From an uncultured Elusimicrobia bacterium (GTDB lineage: Bacteria; Elusimicrobiota; Elusimicrobia; UBA1565; UBA9628): DNA of 64,000 bases. Where the stretch lies: NCBI GenBank assembly GCA_964623465.1, contig CAZURZ010000001.1, positions 1,660 through 65,659 of the forward strand. The letters run 5' to 3'. Positions 32,626 through 41,706 of this stretch are shown here, in pieces. The notes below the pieces were generated by a model. The model was not told the DNA's origin. It saw only the letters and a program-made list of their open reading frames with translations, and made no database searches. Numbering within the stretch: position 1 is the stretch's first letter; every line of letters starts with the position of its first letter. A program made the translations under genes and the position numbers.

Positions 32626-34256
32626 GCACGCGGCCTCGCAACGCCGGCGAGGCCTTGATCCTGCGCTTGAAGTCTCTCGGCGTGGACCGTTTCTATGCCA
32701 ACCCCGGGACCGAGTTCGTCTCCATCATCAGGGGTTTTCGAGACCTGCCGCCCGCGGAGCTGCCGGAACCCGTCCTCGTCGCGCACGAGCTCCAGGCCGT
32801 GAGCATGGCGCACGGCGATTATCTCGCCACGGGCCGCCCCCAGGCCGTCATGACCCATGCGACGGTCGGCGCGGCCAACGCCGTCATCGGCCTGATCGCC
32901 GCCTCGCGCATGAACGTGCCGCTGATCTTCGTCTCCGGGATGACTCCGGCGAACGAGAGCGGCGCGGGCCGCCGCGACCGGCTCCATCACTGGGCGCAGG
33001 ATTCGAAGGATCCCGGCGCCATGTACCGCGAGTACGTGAAGCGGGAGTTCGACGTCCGCGAGCCGGGAGCCCTTCCCGGCGTCCTCGATCAGGCGTACGC
33101 GATCGCCATGACCGAGCCGCGCGGGCCGGTCGCCGTGCGCGTCTCCCGCGACGTCCTCGTCGCCGAGTCGCCGGCCTTGCCCGCTCTCGCGGCCGCCCCG
33201 GCCCCCGCGCCGGCGCCCTCCTTCGACGCCCTCTTCGCCCTGCTCGAAACGGCCCGCCGGCCCCTCGTCGTGACCAACCGCCTCGGCGTCGACCCCTCCG
33301 CGGTGCCGCTCCTGATCGCGGCGGCGCAGCGCCATGGGCTCGGCGTCTCGACGCCCGATGATTTCTACGCGAGCTTCCCGTCGGAGCACCGCCTCCATCT
33401 CGGGTATAAGCAGGGAGCGGCGCTCGCGGAGGCAGACGTCGTCCTCGTCCTGGACGTCGACGTCCCGTGGTATCCGCTCGACAACGGGCCCGCCGCCGCG
33501 GCGAAGGTCGCGCACATCGGCCCGGACCCCCGCGCCGAGAGCATCCCGCTGCGCGGCCATCGAGGCAATCTCTTCCTGAAAGCGAATCCGGCGGAGTTCC
33601 TGCGCGCGCTCGCCGCCCGGGAACCGGCCTCGGCGCTCCTGCCGGAACGCGAGGCCTGGTGCGCGACGATGCGCGCGCTGCGCCCGGCGCCCCCCGCGGC
33701 CGCGGACGGGGCTCCGCTCACGGCCGCGATCGTCTCCGTGATCCTCGCCGCGGAAGCGGGAGACGCCGTGCTCGTCAACGAGCTCGGCCTCGTCCCGGAG
33801 TTCCTGCGCCCCCGGCCCGGCGCCTATTTCCGCTCGACGAGCTCCTCGTCGCTCGGATGGGGCGTCGGCTGCGGGCTCGGGCTCGTGATCGCCCGGCCGG
33901 GCAGGACGGCGATCGTCGCCGTCGGCGACGGGGTCTTCTTCCTCTCCCCCGCGCACGGGGCGCTCCTGCTCGCCGCCCGCCGGAAAATCCCCTATGTCCT
34001 CCTGATCCTGAACAACGGGGGCATGCGCTCCGTGGCCGCGGCGACGCGTGAGGCTTATCCCGAATCCGCGGGGGACCTGCCGCTCACGGTCCAGGCCCTG
34101 GAGGGACTCGACGTGTCGAAGACGGCGGACGTCGTGGGCGGCCGGGGCGCCCGCGCATCGACGGCCGGCGAGCTCCGCCTCGCCCTGGCCGACGCCCTGG
34201 CCTTCACCCGCAAGACCGGCCGGCCCGCGGTGGTGGAGGCCCGGATCGCCGCCTAA
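32622..34256 (+). CDS. thiamine diphosphate-dependent enzyme (acetolactate synthase / benzoylformate decarboxylase superfamily)
   Basis: 544 aa; N-terminal Pyr domain and C-terminal GDGVFF...NNGGM ThDP-binding motif; GTGA coupling. Confidence 0.75.
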   Translation: MSTRPRNAGEALILRLKSLGVDRFYANPGTEFVSIIRGFRDLPPAELPEPVLVAHELQAVSMAHGDYLATGRPQAVMTHATVGAANAVIGLIAASRMNVPLIFVSGMTPANESGAGRRDRLHHWAQDSKDPGAMYREYVKREFDVREPGALPGVLDQAYAIAMTEPRGPVAVRVSRDVLVAESPALPALAAAPAPAPAPSFDALFALLETARRPLVVTNRLGVDPSAVPLLIAAAQRHGLGVSTPDDFYASFPSEHRLHLGYKQGAALAEADVVLVLDVDVPWYPLDNGPAAAAKVAHIGPDPRAESIPLRGHRGNLFLKANPAEFLRALAAREPASALLPEREAWCATMRALRPAPPAAADGAPLTAAIVSVILAAEAGDAVLVNELGLVPEFLRPRPGAYFRSTSSSSLGWGVGCGLGLVIARPGRTAIVAVGDGVFFLSPAHGALLLAARRKIPYVLLILNNGGMRSVAAATREAYPESAGDLPLTVQALEGLDVSKTADVVGGRGARASTAGELRLALADALAFTRKTGRPAVVEARIAA

Positions 34257-34273
34257 ATCAGTAAAATGAGCGC

Positions 34274-34318
34274 GCACGCCCCCGTAGCTCAGTTGGTTAG
34301 AGCAGCCTGCTCATAACG
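34274..34318 (+). repeat. tRNA-Met 5'-half fragment (attachment-site direct repeat, left copy)
   Basis: 45 nt identical to 39943-39987 (acceptor stem through anticodon loop of tRNA-Met) and no T-arm follows. Confidence 0.8.
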
Positions 34319-34529
34319 CAATCCCGCGGTCGATGCGTGTGGTTTTTCTCCCTCGGGTAAAGCCGTTCTTCGACGAGGATGCGTGTAAGCCGAGTTCCCG
34401 ACCTTACCCGGTCTTTCCCGCCTTTTCGCTCGGTTTCCAGGGTGTCTTGGCCACAGGGATGCGTGTATGCTCGTCGTCCTCCAAAACCGCGCGCCCTTGC
34501 AGAGACCGCCTGCTTCTGCTACATAAGGT

Positions 34530-34904
34530 TTGATGAAGGCCGTTCGCAGGATATTGTCGGCGCTCTTATTCGGCGGGGTGTTCGCCCCGCTGGGACCCCA
34601 CGCCCTGGTCCACGCGTGGAGCGATGCCCACTTACACCATCATGCCGACGGGGTCGCGCACTCTCATCAGCACGACGCCGATCATCATGAGCATGAGGTG
34701 TCCTCCGGCCTTTCTTGCGATCTGCGGCTCCTGCCGTCTCGCGCGTCCATTCAAGATACCGCGACGACGTTCACGTTCCTCCCCTCCGCGGCTCAGATCC
34801 AGGAAGGCCCTCGGCGCTCCACTCTTCTGTCGTCGTCCTATCGCCCCGGTGCTCCTCCCGGACACCGTGCGTCTCCCCACCTCGGCCGCGCTCCTCCCGC
34901 CTGA
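34530..34904 (+). CDS. putative His-rich periplasmic metal-binding protein (boundaries uncertain)
   Basis: Signal peptide followed by HALVHAWSDAHLHHHADGVAHSHQHDADHHEHE; the C-terminal half is low complexity and may be out of frame or not coding. Confidence 0.35.
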   Translation: MMKAVRRILSALLFGGVFAPLGPHALVHAWSDAHLHHHADGVAHSHQHDADHHEHEVSSGLSCDLRLLPSRASIQDTATTFTFLPSAAQIQEGPRRSTLLSSSYRPGAPPGHRASPHLGRAPPA

Positions 34905-34968
34905 CGGGCTTTCTTCCGTCGCGTCGTAGTCCGTTCCCGATGAACTGACCCCGTCTGTCTGGAGTGCC

Positions 34969-37900
34969 ATGCTTAACGCCATCATTCGCTTTTCTTTGAA
35001 CCGCCGCCTGCTCGTGCTCGTCGCCGCGGCAGCCCTGTCCGCTTATGGTCTGTGGGTCGCCCGGCATCTTCCCGTCGACGTCTTTCCGGACTTGAACCGA
35101 CCGACCGTCGCCATCCTCACCGAGGCTCATGGGCTCGCCCCCGAGGAGGTCGAGACGCTCGTCACCCATCCCATCGAGTCAGCCCTCAACGGCACCCCCG
35201 GCGTCGTGCGCGTGCGTTCCTCGAGCGGCATAGGCATCTCCATCGTCCACGTCGAGTTCGACTGGGGGACGGAGGTGTTCCGGAACCGCCAGCTCGTGTC
35301 GGAGCGGCTCCAGATGCTCAAGGATACCCTGCCCACCGGCATGGTTCCCATCATGGGGCCGGTCAGTTCCATCATGGGTGAAATCCAGTTCGTGGGATTG
35401 ACTAGCCCGGATGGCGCCGTCTCGCCGATGGAGCTGCGTACGCTCGCCGATTGGATCGTGCGGCCGCGCCTCATGACGCTGTCGGGAATCAGCCAAGTCA
35501 TAGTGATGGGCGGCCAGGTCAAGCAGTACCAGATCATGGTCTCAGCCGACCGGCTTCAGCGCAAGGGCATCTCCCTGGAGGAGCTCAAGCACGCCCTTTC
35601 GGAGATCAGCGAGAACACCACCGGGGGCTTCGTCGACCTCGATGATAAGGAGTTCCTCGTGCGCCCTCTGGCTCGCGTCGAATCCGCCGAGGAAATCGAG
35701 AACTCTCCCATTGGCATGCACCTGGGACGGCCGGTCCTCGTAAAGGACGTGGCTGAGGTGCGGGTCGGTCCCAAGACCAAGCGCGGGGAAGCCCGCGTCA
35801 ACGGCAAGCACTCGGTCGTGATGACCATACAGAAGCAGCCTGGGGCGAACACGATCGAACTGACGCGCAAGATCGACGCCATGATCGCCGACCTTCAGAA
35901 GAGCCTGCCGCCGGGCACGCGCCTCGAAGGAGACCTATTCAAGCAGTCGCGCTTTATCGAGGCGTCCATCTCCAACGTAGAGGACGCGTTGAGGGATGGA
36001 GCCATCATGGTCGCGATCATCCTCTTCCTGTTCCTCGTCAATGTGCGCACGACAGCGATCACTTTGGTCGCGATCCCCTTGTCCCTGCTCGTCACCGCCA
36101 TCGTCTTCAAGCTGCTGGGCATGGGCATCAACACGATGACCCTCGGCGGCCTCGCCGTCGCCATAGGCGAACTCGTCGATGACGCCATCGTCGACGTGGA
36201 AAACGTCTTCCGTCGTCTTCGCGAGAACCGCGCGGCAGGGAACCCCAAGAGCTCCTTGCGGGTGGTCTACGACGCCTCCTCCGAGGTGCGCAACTCCATC
36301 GTCTTCTCGACCATCATCGTGGTGCTCGTCTTCCTGCCGCTGTTCGCCCTCGGCGGCATCGAGGGGCGCCTGTTCGCGCCGCTCGGGGTGGCGTACATCG
36401 TCTCGTTGCTGGCCTCACTAGCCGTCTCACTGACCGTGACGCCCGCGCTCTGCTCGTACCTGCTTCCCAACGCGAAGGCGGTCGCCCACCACGACGACGG
36501 CGCGTTCGTCCGCCGCTTGAAAGCCCTGGATCGCGACATGCTCGCCAGGACCATCCATCATCCGAAGGCGTTGCTCGGTGCCTGCGCGGTCCTCCTCGCG
36601 GGCTCCTTGGCGCTTTTGCCTTTCATGGGCCACAACTTCCTCCCGGCGTTCAATGAAGGGACCGCCACCATCGGAGTCGCCGCGGCTCCCGGCATCTCAC
36701 TGGCGGCGTCGGATGAACTCGGCACGCGCATCGAGGAAGCCATGCTCTCGGTCCCGGAAGTGAAATCCACCATACGGCGCACGGGCCGAGCCGAGCTCGA
36801 CGAGCACGCCGAGGGCGTGCACTGGAGCGAGATCGACGTCGACTTCAAGGAAGGCGGACGACCGCGGCAACAGGTGCTTCAGGAGATCCGGGAGAAGGTC
36901 GAGAAGACGGGCGACGTCGCCGTCAACATCGGCCAACCCATCAGCCACCGCCTCGATCATCTGCTGTCAGGCGTCCGCGCGCAGATCGCCATCAAGATCT
37001 CGGGAGTCGAGCTGAGCGAGTTGCGCCGGCTCGGAGCGCAGGTCGAGGCCGTGCTGAAGGACATCCCGGGCGTCGTCGACCTTTCCCTGGAGCCGCTGGT
37101 CCTCATCCCACAGCTCAAGATCGCGGTCGACCGCGAAGCGGCCGCCGGACTCGGGGTGCGCCCCGGCATGCTCGCCCAAGACCTCGAGACCGCCCTGAGC
37201 GGCGAGTCGGTTGGTGAAGTGCTGGAACGGCAGCGGCGCTTCGACATCTTCATGCGGCTCGATGATAAGTCCCGGCAAGATCCGGCGTCCATTCAGGCGG
37301 TCCTCGTGAAGACCATGCCGACCGGACGGCTCGTTACGGTCGGGGATTTGGCCGAGGTCTACAAGGGAACCGGCCCCAACATGATCAACCGCGAGGGGAT
37401 GCAGCGCCGCATCGTCGTCTCGGCCAACTCGCAGGGCCGCGACCTCGGCAGCCTCATCCAGGAAATCCAAGACCGGGTCGCCGATAAGGTCCGGCTGCCG
37501 GAAGGTTACTTCATCACCTACGGCGGCCAGTTCGAAAGCCAGCAGAAGGCCGCTCGCCTGCTGATCCTGCTGGGAGCGGCGTCCTTGATCGGCATCTTCT
37601 TGGTGCTGTACGCCCATTTCCGCTCGACGGTGCTCGCCCTTCAAATCATGCTCAACGTACCGCTGGCCCTTATCGGCAGCCTTTGGGCGATCTGGCTGAC
37701 GGAGAGGACGCTGTCGGTGGCTACGATGATCGCCTTCATCACGCTCTGCGGAATCGCCAGCCGCAACGGCATCATGATGATCAGCCATTACATCCATCTC
37801 ATGAAGGAGGAGGGCGAGGCCTTCAGCGAGAAGATGGTGATCCGCGGCTCGCTGGAGAGGCTCGTGCCGGTCTTGATGACGGCCCTGACCGCCGCTCTGG

Positions 37901-38115
37901 CTCTGGTTCCCCTGCTTCTATCCCGCGGGCAGCCCGGCAAGGAGATCCTGTACCCCGTCGCCGTCGTCATCGTCGGGGGGCTGCTCTCATCGACCTTGCT
38001 CGACATCATCGTCACCCCCGCCGTCTTCCTGCGCTTCGGAAGACGACCCGCCGAAAAGCTTATCGCTCTGGAGAAGGAAGAAGCCGAGAAAGCCGCTAAA
38101 GGAGAGGTGCTATGA
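34969..38115 (+). CDS. heavy-metal efflux RND transporter, CusA/CzcA (HME) family
   Basis: 1048 aa; 12-TM RND architecture with conserved N-terminal LNAIIRFSL...GLW region typical of CzcA/CusA. Confidence 0.9.
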   Translation: MLNAIIRFSLNRRLLVLVAAAALSAYGLWVARHLPVDVFPDLNRPTVAILTEAHGLAPEEVETLVTHPIESALNGTPGVVRVRSSSGIGISIVHVEFDWGTEVFRNRQLVSERLQMLKDTLPTGMVPIMGPVSSIMGEIQFVGLTSPDGAVSPMELRTLADWIVRPRLMTLSGISQVIVMGGQVKQYQIMVSADRLQRKGISLEELKHALSEISENTTGGFVDLDDKEFLVRPLARVESAEEIENSPIGMHLGRPVLVKDVAEVRVGPKTKRGEARVNGKHSVVMTIQKQPGANTIELTRKIDAMIADLQKSLPPGTRLEGDLFKQSRFIEASISNVEDALRDGAIMVAIILFLFLVNVRTTAITLVAIPLSLLVTAIVFKLLGMGINTMTLGGLAVAIGELVDDAIVDVENVFRRLRENRAAGNPKSSLRVVYDASSEVRNSIVFSTIIVVLVFLPLFALGGIEGRLFAPLGVAYIVSLLASLAVSLTVTPALCSYLLPNAKAVAHHDDGAFVRRLKALDRDMLARTIHHPKALLGACAVLLAGSLALLPFMGHNFLPAFNEGTATIGVAAAPGISLAASDELGTRIEEAMLSVPEVKSTIRRTGRAELDEHAEGVHWSEIDVDFKEGGRPRQQVLQEIREKVEKTGDVAVNIGQPISHRLDHLLSGVRAQIAIKISGVELSELRRLGAQVEAVLKDIPGVVDLSLEPLVLIPQLKIAVDREAAAGLGVRPGMLAQDLETALSGESVGEVLERQRRFDIFMRLDDKSRQDPASIQAVLVKTMPTGRLVTVGDLAEVYKGTGPNMINREGMQRRIVVSANSQGRDLGSLIQEIQDRVADKVRLPEGYFITYGGQFESQQKAARLLILLGAASLIGIFLVLYAHFRSTVLALQIMLNVPLALIGSLWAIWLTERTLSVATMIAFITLCGIASRNGIMMISHYIHLMKEEGEAFSEKMVIRGSLERLVPVLMTALTAALALVPLLLSRGQPGKEILYPVAVVIVGGLLSSTLLDIIVTPAVFLRFGRRPAEKLIALEKEEAEKAAKGEVL

Positions 38116-38558
38116 AATACCTGAGTGTCTTGCTTGCCGCATCGCTGTCGCTTCCCGCGTTCGCGCATGATGAAGGCCACGGCCCGAAAGTCGTAGACGC
38201 GGGGAAGATGGGCGGGGTCCTGACGGCCGTCGTCCTCGCCAAGGACGCCAAGTTCGGTCCCAAGGCCGCCCTGGTCTATAAGGCCGAACTGACGCGCACC
38301 GATGACGGCACCGTTCGCATCTACTTTTACGACAAGGACATGAAGCCCCTAGACATCGCGAGCCTCCCAAAGACGGCCAAAGCGGCGCTCCAAGCCAAGA
38401 AGAATAAGAAGTGGACGAGCACGCCCTTCATCCTCGCGAAGACGGCTGATGGCTATGAAGGCAAGGCTCCGAAGCCCGCGAGCAAGCCGTTCAACATCGA
38501 CGTGACGCTGACGGAGGGCAAGCGTGAGCTTCTTGCGGCATTCGATGGCTTGGACTAG
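38112..38558 (+). CDS. small periplasmic protein (148 aa) occupying the position of an efflux adaptor
   Basis: ATGA-coupled to czcA; signal peptide then AHDEGHGP; far too small for a canonical membrane fusion protein. Confidence 0.55.
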   Translation: MKYLSVLLAASLSLPAFAHDEGHGPKVVDAGKMGGVLTAVVLAKDAKFGPKAALVYKAELTRTDDGTVRIYFYDKDMKPLDIASLPKTAKAALQAKKNKKWTSTPFILAKTADGYEGKAPKPASKPFNIDVTLTEGKRELLAAFDGLD

Positions 38559-39801
38559 GCTTCTCGCGTCATTCGCCGTCTTGGCCTTCGCCTCATGGGC
38601 GAGAGCCGAGACGACTCGCGTCGAGTTCAACGACATCCCTCGCCTGGTGCAGCAGCGCAATCGGGCGGTCTCCGGAGCGGCGCTTCAGGCGACGGCGGCA
38701 GAAGCGCGAGAGGGCGCTTTTTCCCGCTCCTTCTTGCCGACGGCGAGCCTCGACGCGGGTCTTGAGCGCTTCCAGACTGGGCGCTACCCCCACGATACCC
38801 AACCGTACGGCTCGGCCGAGGCTCGGATAAACCTGTTCCGCGGCTGGCGCGATGCCTGGAATGAGCGTCATTTGGAGAGCCTTTCTTCCGCCGCCGCGGC
38901 TAAGTCGGCGGACGAGTTGGCCTTTCAGTTGGCCGAGGCGCGGCGAGCATTCCTCAGACTCGTGCACGCACGGGAGATGGGGGCAGTCGTGCGCGAGGCG
39001 CAGACCGAGAATCAGCGTCTTCTTGAACGAGCGGATCGACGCATCAAGCGCGGCTTGGCCACGGAGACGGATCGCCTCGAGTTCGAGATCGGGGCGTCCC
39101 AGCTCAAGGAGGACGGCGAGAGCTACGCTCATTCCGAACTACAGCTGAAGTTGCGCCTGGCCGCGTTGTTAGGACTACCAGAAGATACCGAGCTCGAGAC
39201 GCCTCTAAAGCTCGATCACGTTCACGACGAAGCTCTCCTGAGCACGCCGTTCGAGCCCGGGAGCCATCGTGAAGCCAGGCTGCTAGCCGCGCAGGGCGCG
39301 GCGGCTCATGCCGAGTCAAAAGCGGCGTCCTTATGGTGGGCGCCGTCGTTGGACGCTTACGCGGGGAAATACCTGTACACGCTGCGCGAACGCGACTACC
39401 TCGCGTCGAGCCTTCGCGACGACTTCGCCGTCGGCGGCAAGCTGAGCCTGCGCCTTTTCGACGGCGGTGCAGAACGCGCCGAGGCCAAAGCCAAGCGCCT
39501 TGAAGCCGGCGGTATGGAGCAGAAACTGGCCCAGCGGCGGACCGACCTTCGGGCGCGCGTGCGCGTCGTTGAAGAGGACCTCAAGCACGACCATGAGCTG
39601 GTCCACTTTGCCGAGGATCGCATTGTGATGGCCAGCCGCTATCTCAACTCGACTTTGGACGAGTACGACCGCGGGGTCAAGAACTCGCTGGACGTCTTCT
39701 CGGCTGCGCAGCGCCTGCTCGGCTATCGCCGCGCGCTCGCCGAGCGCCGGCGCGACTACCTGCTCACAAAGGTCAACCTTTTGCAGGAACATGGCTTATG
39801 A
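38545..39801 (+). CDS. outer membrane efflux protein (TolC/CzcC-like OMF)
   Basis: About 418 aa; signal peptide; two-repeat coiled-coil/beta-barrel OMF pattern; alternative GTG start at 38524. Confidence 0.7.
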   Translation: MAWTRLLASFAVLAFASWARAETTRVEFNDIPRLVQQRNRAVSGAALQATAAEAREGAFSRSFLPTASLDAGLERFQTGRYPHDTQPYGSAEARINLFRGWRDAWNERHLESLSSAAAAKSADELAFQLAEARRAFLRLVHAREMGAVVREAQTENQRLLERADRRIKRGLATETDRLEFEIGASQLKEDGESYAHSELQLKLRLAALLGLPEDTELETPLKLDHVHDEALLSTPFEPGSHREARLLAAQGAAAHAESKAASLWWAPSLDAYAGKYLYTLRERDYLASSLRDDFAVGGKLSLRLFDGGAERAEAKAKRLEAGGMEQKLAQRRTDLRARVRVVEEDLKHDHELVHFAEDRIVMASRYLNSTLDEYDRGVKNSLDVFSAAQRLLGYRRALAERRRDYLLTKVNLLQEHGL

Positions 39802-39946
39802 CGTGGCTCAGAGCACTCCGCTCTTGCGGGTCGGGTGGGGTCAGACCTATTCGCTTCAAGCCATGGCCACACGCATGCGTGTTTTGGCCACAACGCGGCC
39901 CCAAACGACCTGTGTGGCCCTCAAAAAAGACTTAAAATATAAGCAC

Positions 39947-40020
39947 GCCCCCGTAGCTCAGTTGGTTAGAGCAGCCTGCTCATAACGGGTTGGTCCCTGG
40001 TTCGAGTCCAGGCGGGGGCA
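39947..40020 (+). tRNA. tRNA-Met (anticodon CAT), elongator-type (tRNA-Ile2 with lysidine not excluded)
   Basis: Cloverleaf: acceptor GCCCCCG/CGGGGGC, D-arm GCTC..GAGC, anticodon loop CTCATAA, T-arm CCTGG-TTCGAGT-CCAGG, discriminator A; G1-C72 and no triple GC in the anticodon stem, so not an initiator. Confidence 0.85.
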
Positions 40021-40040
40021 TCCTTTCAGGAATAAACGAC

Positions 40041-40922
40041 ATGGCCGACAAGATCAAGGGCATCATCCTGGCCGGCGGCTCGGGCACGCGCCTGTACCCG
40101 GTCACCCGCGCCGTCAGCAAGCAGCTCGTCCCGGTCCACGACAAGCCGATGATCTATTACCCGCTTTCCACTTTGATGCTGGCGGGCATACGCGAGGTCC
40201 TGATCATCACGACGCCCGAGGACCGGGCCTCCTTCGTGCGCCTCCTCGGAGACGGCTCGTGGTGCGGCATGAACATTTCGTACGCGGTCCAACCCAAGCC
40301 CGAGGGGCTCGCGCAGGCCTTCATCATCGGCGCGGACTTCGTCGGCGACGACCGCGCGGCTTTGGTGCTCGGCGACAACATCTTCTACGGCCACGGGCTG
40401 CCCGAGCACCTGCGCGCCGCCGCCAAGCAGAAGTCCGGCGCCACGGTGTTCGCCTACCACGTGAAGGACCCCGAGCGCTACGGCGTCGTCGAATTCGACG
40501 CGAAAGGCCGCGCCGTGAGCCTCGCCGAGAAGCCCGCCCAGCCCAAGTCCAACTACGCGGTGACGGGGCTCTACTTCTACGACAACTCCGTGCTCGACAT
40601 CGCCGCCAAGCTCAAGCCCTCCCCGCGCGGCGAACTCGAGATCACCGACGTGAACAAGGCCTATCTGGCCAAGGGGCGCCTCCACGTGCAGAAGATGGGC
40701 CGCGGCATCGCCTGGCTCGACACCGGCACCCACGAGGCGCTTCTGCAGGCCTCGACCTTCATCCAGGTCATCGAAGAGCGCCAGGCCCTGAAGGTGGCCT
40801 GCCCCGAGGAGATCGCCTTCAACATGGGCTGGATCACCGCCAAGCAGCTGCGCGCGCTGGCCGAGCCGATGAAGAAGAACGAATACGGACGCTACCTGCT
40901 GGGCGTCGCCGAAGGCCGCTGA
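40041..40922 (+). CDS. rmlA: glucose-1-phosphate thymidylyltransferase
   Basis: 293 aa; [16 protein letters not shown] nucleotidyltransferase motif and full-length similarity to RmlA/RfbA. Confidence 0.9.
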   Translation: MADKIKGIILAGGSGTRLYPVTRAVSKQLVPVHDKPMIYYPLSTLMLAGIREVLIITTPEDRASFVRLLGDGSWCGMNISYAVQPKPEGLAQAFIIGADFVGDDRAALVLGDNIFYGHGLPEHLRAAAKQKSGATVFAYHVKDPERYGVVEFDAKGRAVSLAEKPAQPKSNYAVTGLYFYDNSVLDIAAKLKPSPRGELEITDVNKAYLAKGRLHVQKMGRGIAWLDTGTHEALLQASTFIQVIEERQALKVACPEEIAFNMGWITAKQLRALAEPMKKNEYGRYLLGVAEGR

Positions 40923-41686
40923 TGCTTCGTCCCGACGTCGTCGAATACCTGCGCGAGCATCTCAAGTCCTATCCCGTCGACGTCTTGCGCAAGCAGCTCG
41001 CCGAGGAAGGGGTGCCCGACGTCGACTTCAACGACTCCCTGGCGCAGGCCCTGCGCGCCCCCGCCACGGCCTCCAAAACGGCGCCCGCGGGCCGCGCCAA
41101 GGCCAGCACCGCGGCGATCGCGTTCCTCTGCGCCGGCGTGGCCGTCATCGTCTCGGTCGGCCTGTACGCCCTGGGCGGCGGCAAGCCGGGCGCTCCCGCC
41201 GAGGGGAACACCCAGAATCCCTCCGGCGAGTCCGGCTTCATCGGACACGCGGGCTGGATCGTGCGCCTTCCCAAGGACTACGTCGGCGTCTCCGATTTCC
41301 GGGACGCGGCCAAACAGCATCAAGTCGTCTATTTCTGCAAGAAGGGCACGGACCCGACCAACTTCCTCAACGAGGGCCTGTTCGGTCAGCTCGGGATCGT
41401 GAAGCTCGAGGTTCTGCCCACCCAGTTCCCGAACAACCCGACCGGAGTCGCCAATCTCTCGCGCATGGCCGCGGGCAAATACAAGAATGCGGGCGAAAAA
41501 GTGACCATGAAGAACATGCAGGTGGCCACCTTGCCCGGCGTCTCGGTGACCGTCCTCTCCCCCTTCCCGCGCGCCGAGGCCTTCGTGCTCGGACAGGATC
41601 ACATGTACTTCTTCATGGCGGGCCAGGAGGACGACGTCTGGCGCGACATAGTCCTCAGCCTGCGCGACGCCAACACCGAGAATTAG
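40922..41686 (+). CDS. hypothetical membrane-anchored protein
   Basis: ATG overlaps the rmlA stop; one predicted TM segment. Confidence 0.5.
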   Translation: MLRPDVVEYLREHLKSYPVDVLRKQLAEEGVPDVDFNDSLAQALRAPATASKTAPAGRAKASTAAIAFLCAGVAVIVSVGLYALGGGKPGAPAEGNTQNPSGESGFIGHAGWIVRLPKDYVGVSDFRDAAKQHQVVYFCKKGTDPTNFLNEGLFGQLGIVKLEVLPTQFPNNPTGVANLSRMAAGKYKNAGEKVTMKNMQVATLPGVSVTVLSPFPRAEAFVLGQDHMYFFMAGQEDDVWRDIVLSLRDANTEN

Positions 41687-41706
41687 GGCCTGGCCCTGCC
41701 GTTAGA

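Larger units (their letters stand above)
34319..39942 (+). mobile_element. putative tRNA-Met-targeted insertion / genomic islet carrying a heavy-metal RND efflux locus (no integrase present)
   Basis: Bounded by 45-bp direct repeats of the tRNA-Met 5' half; gene content (czcA-like, OMF, His-rich protein) unrelated to the flanking genes. Confidence 0.4.

Noticed and set aside
34319-39942. Integrase/recombinase gene expected inside the tRNA-flanked insertion
   Set aside because: All six frames were inspected and no tyrosine or serine recombinase-like ORF is present, so the element is called only a putative decayed island
39947-40020. Possibility that this tRNA(CAT) is the initiator tRNA-fMet
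   Set aside because: It has a G1-C72 pair and lacks the three consecutive G-C pairs in the anticodon stem, so it looks like an elongator Met (or Ile2-lysidine) tRNA
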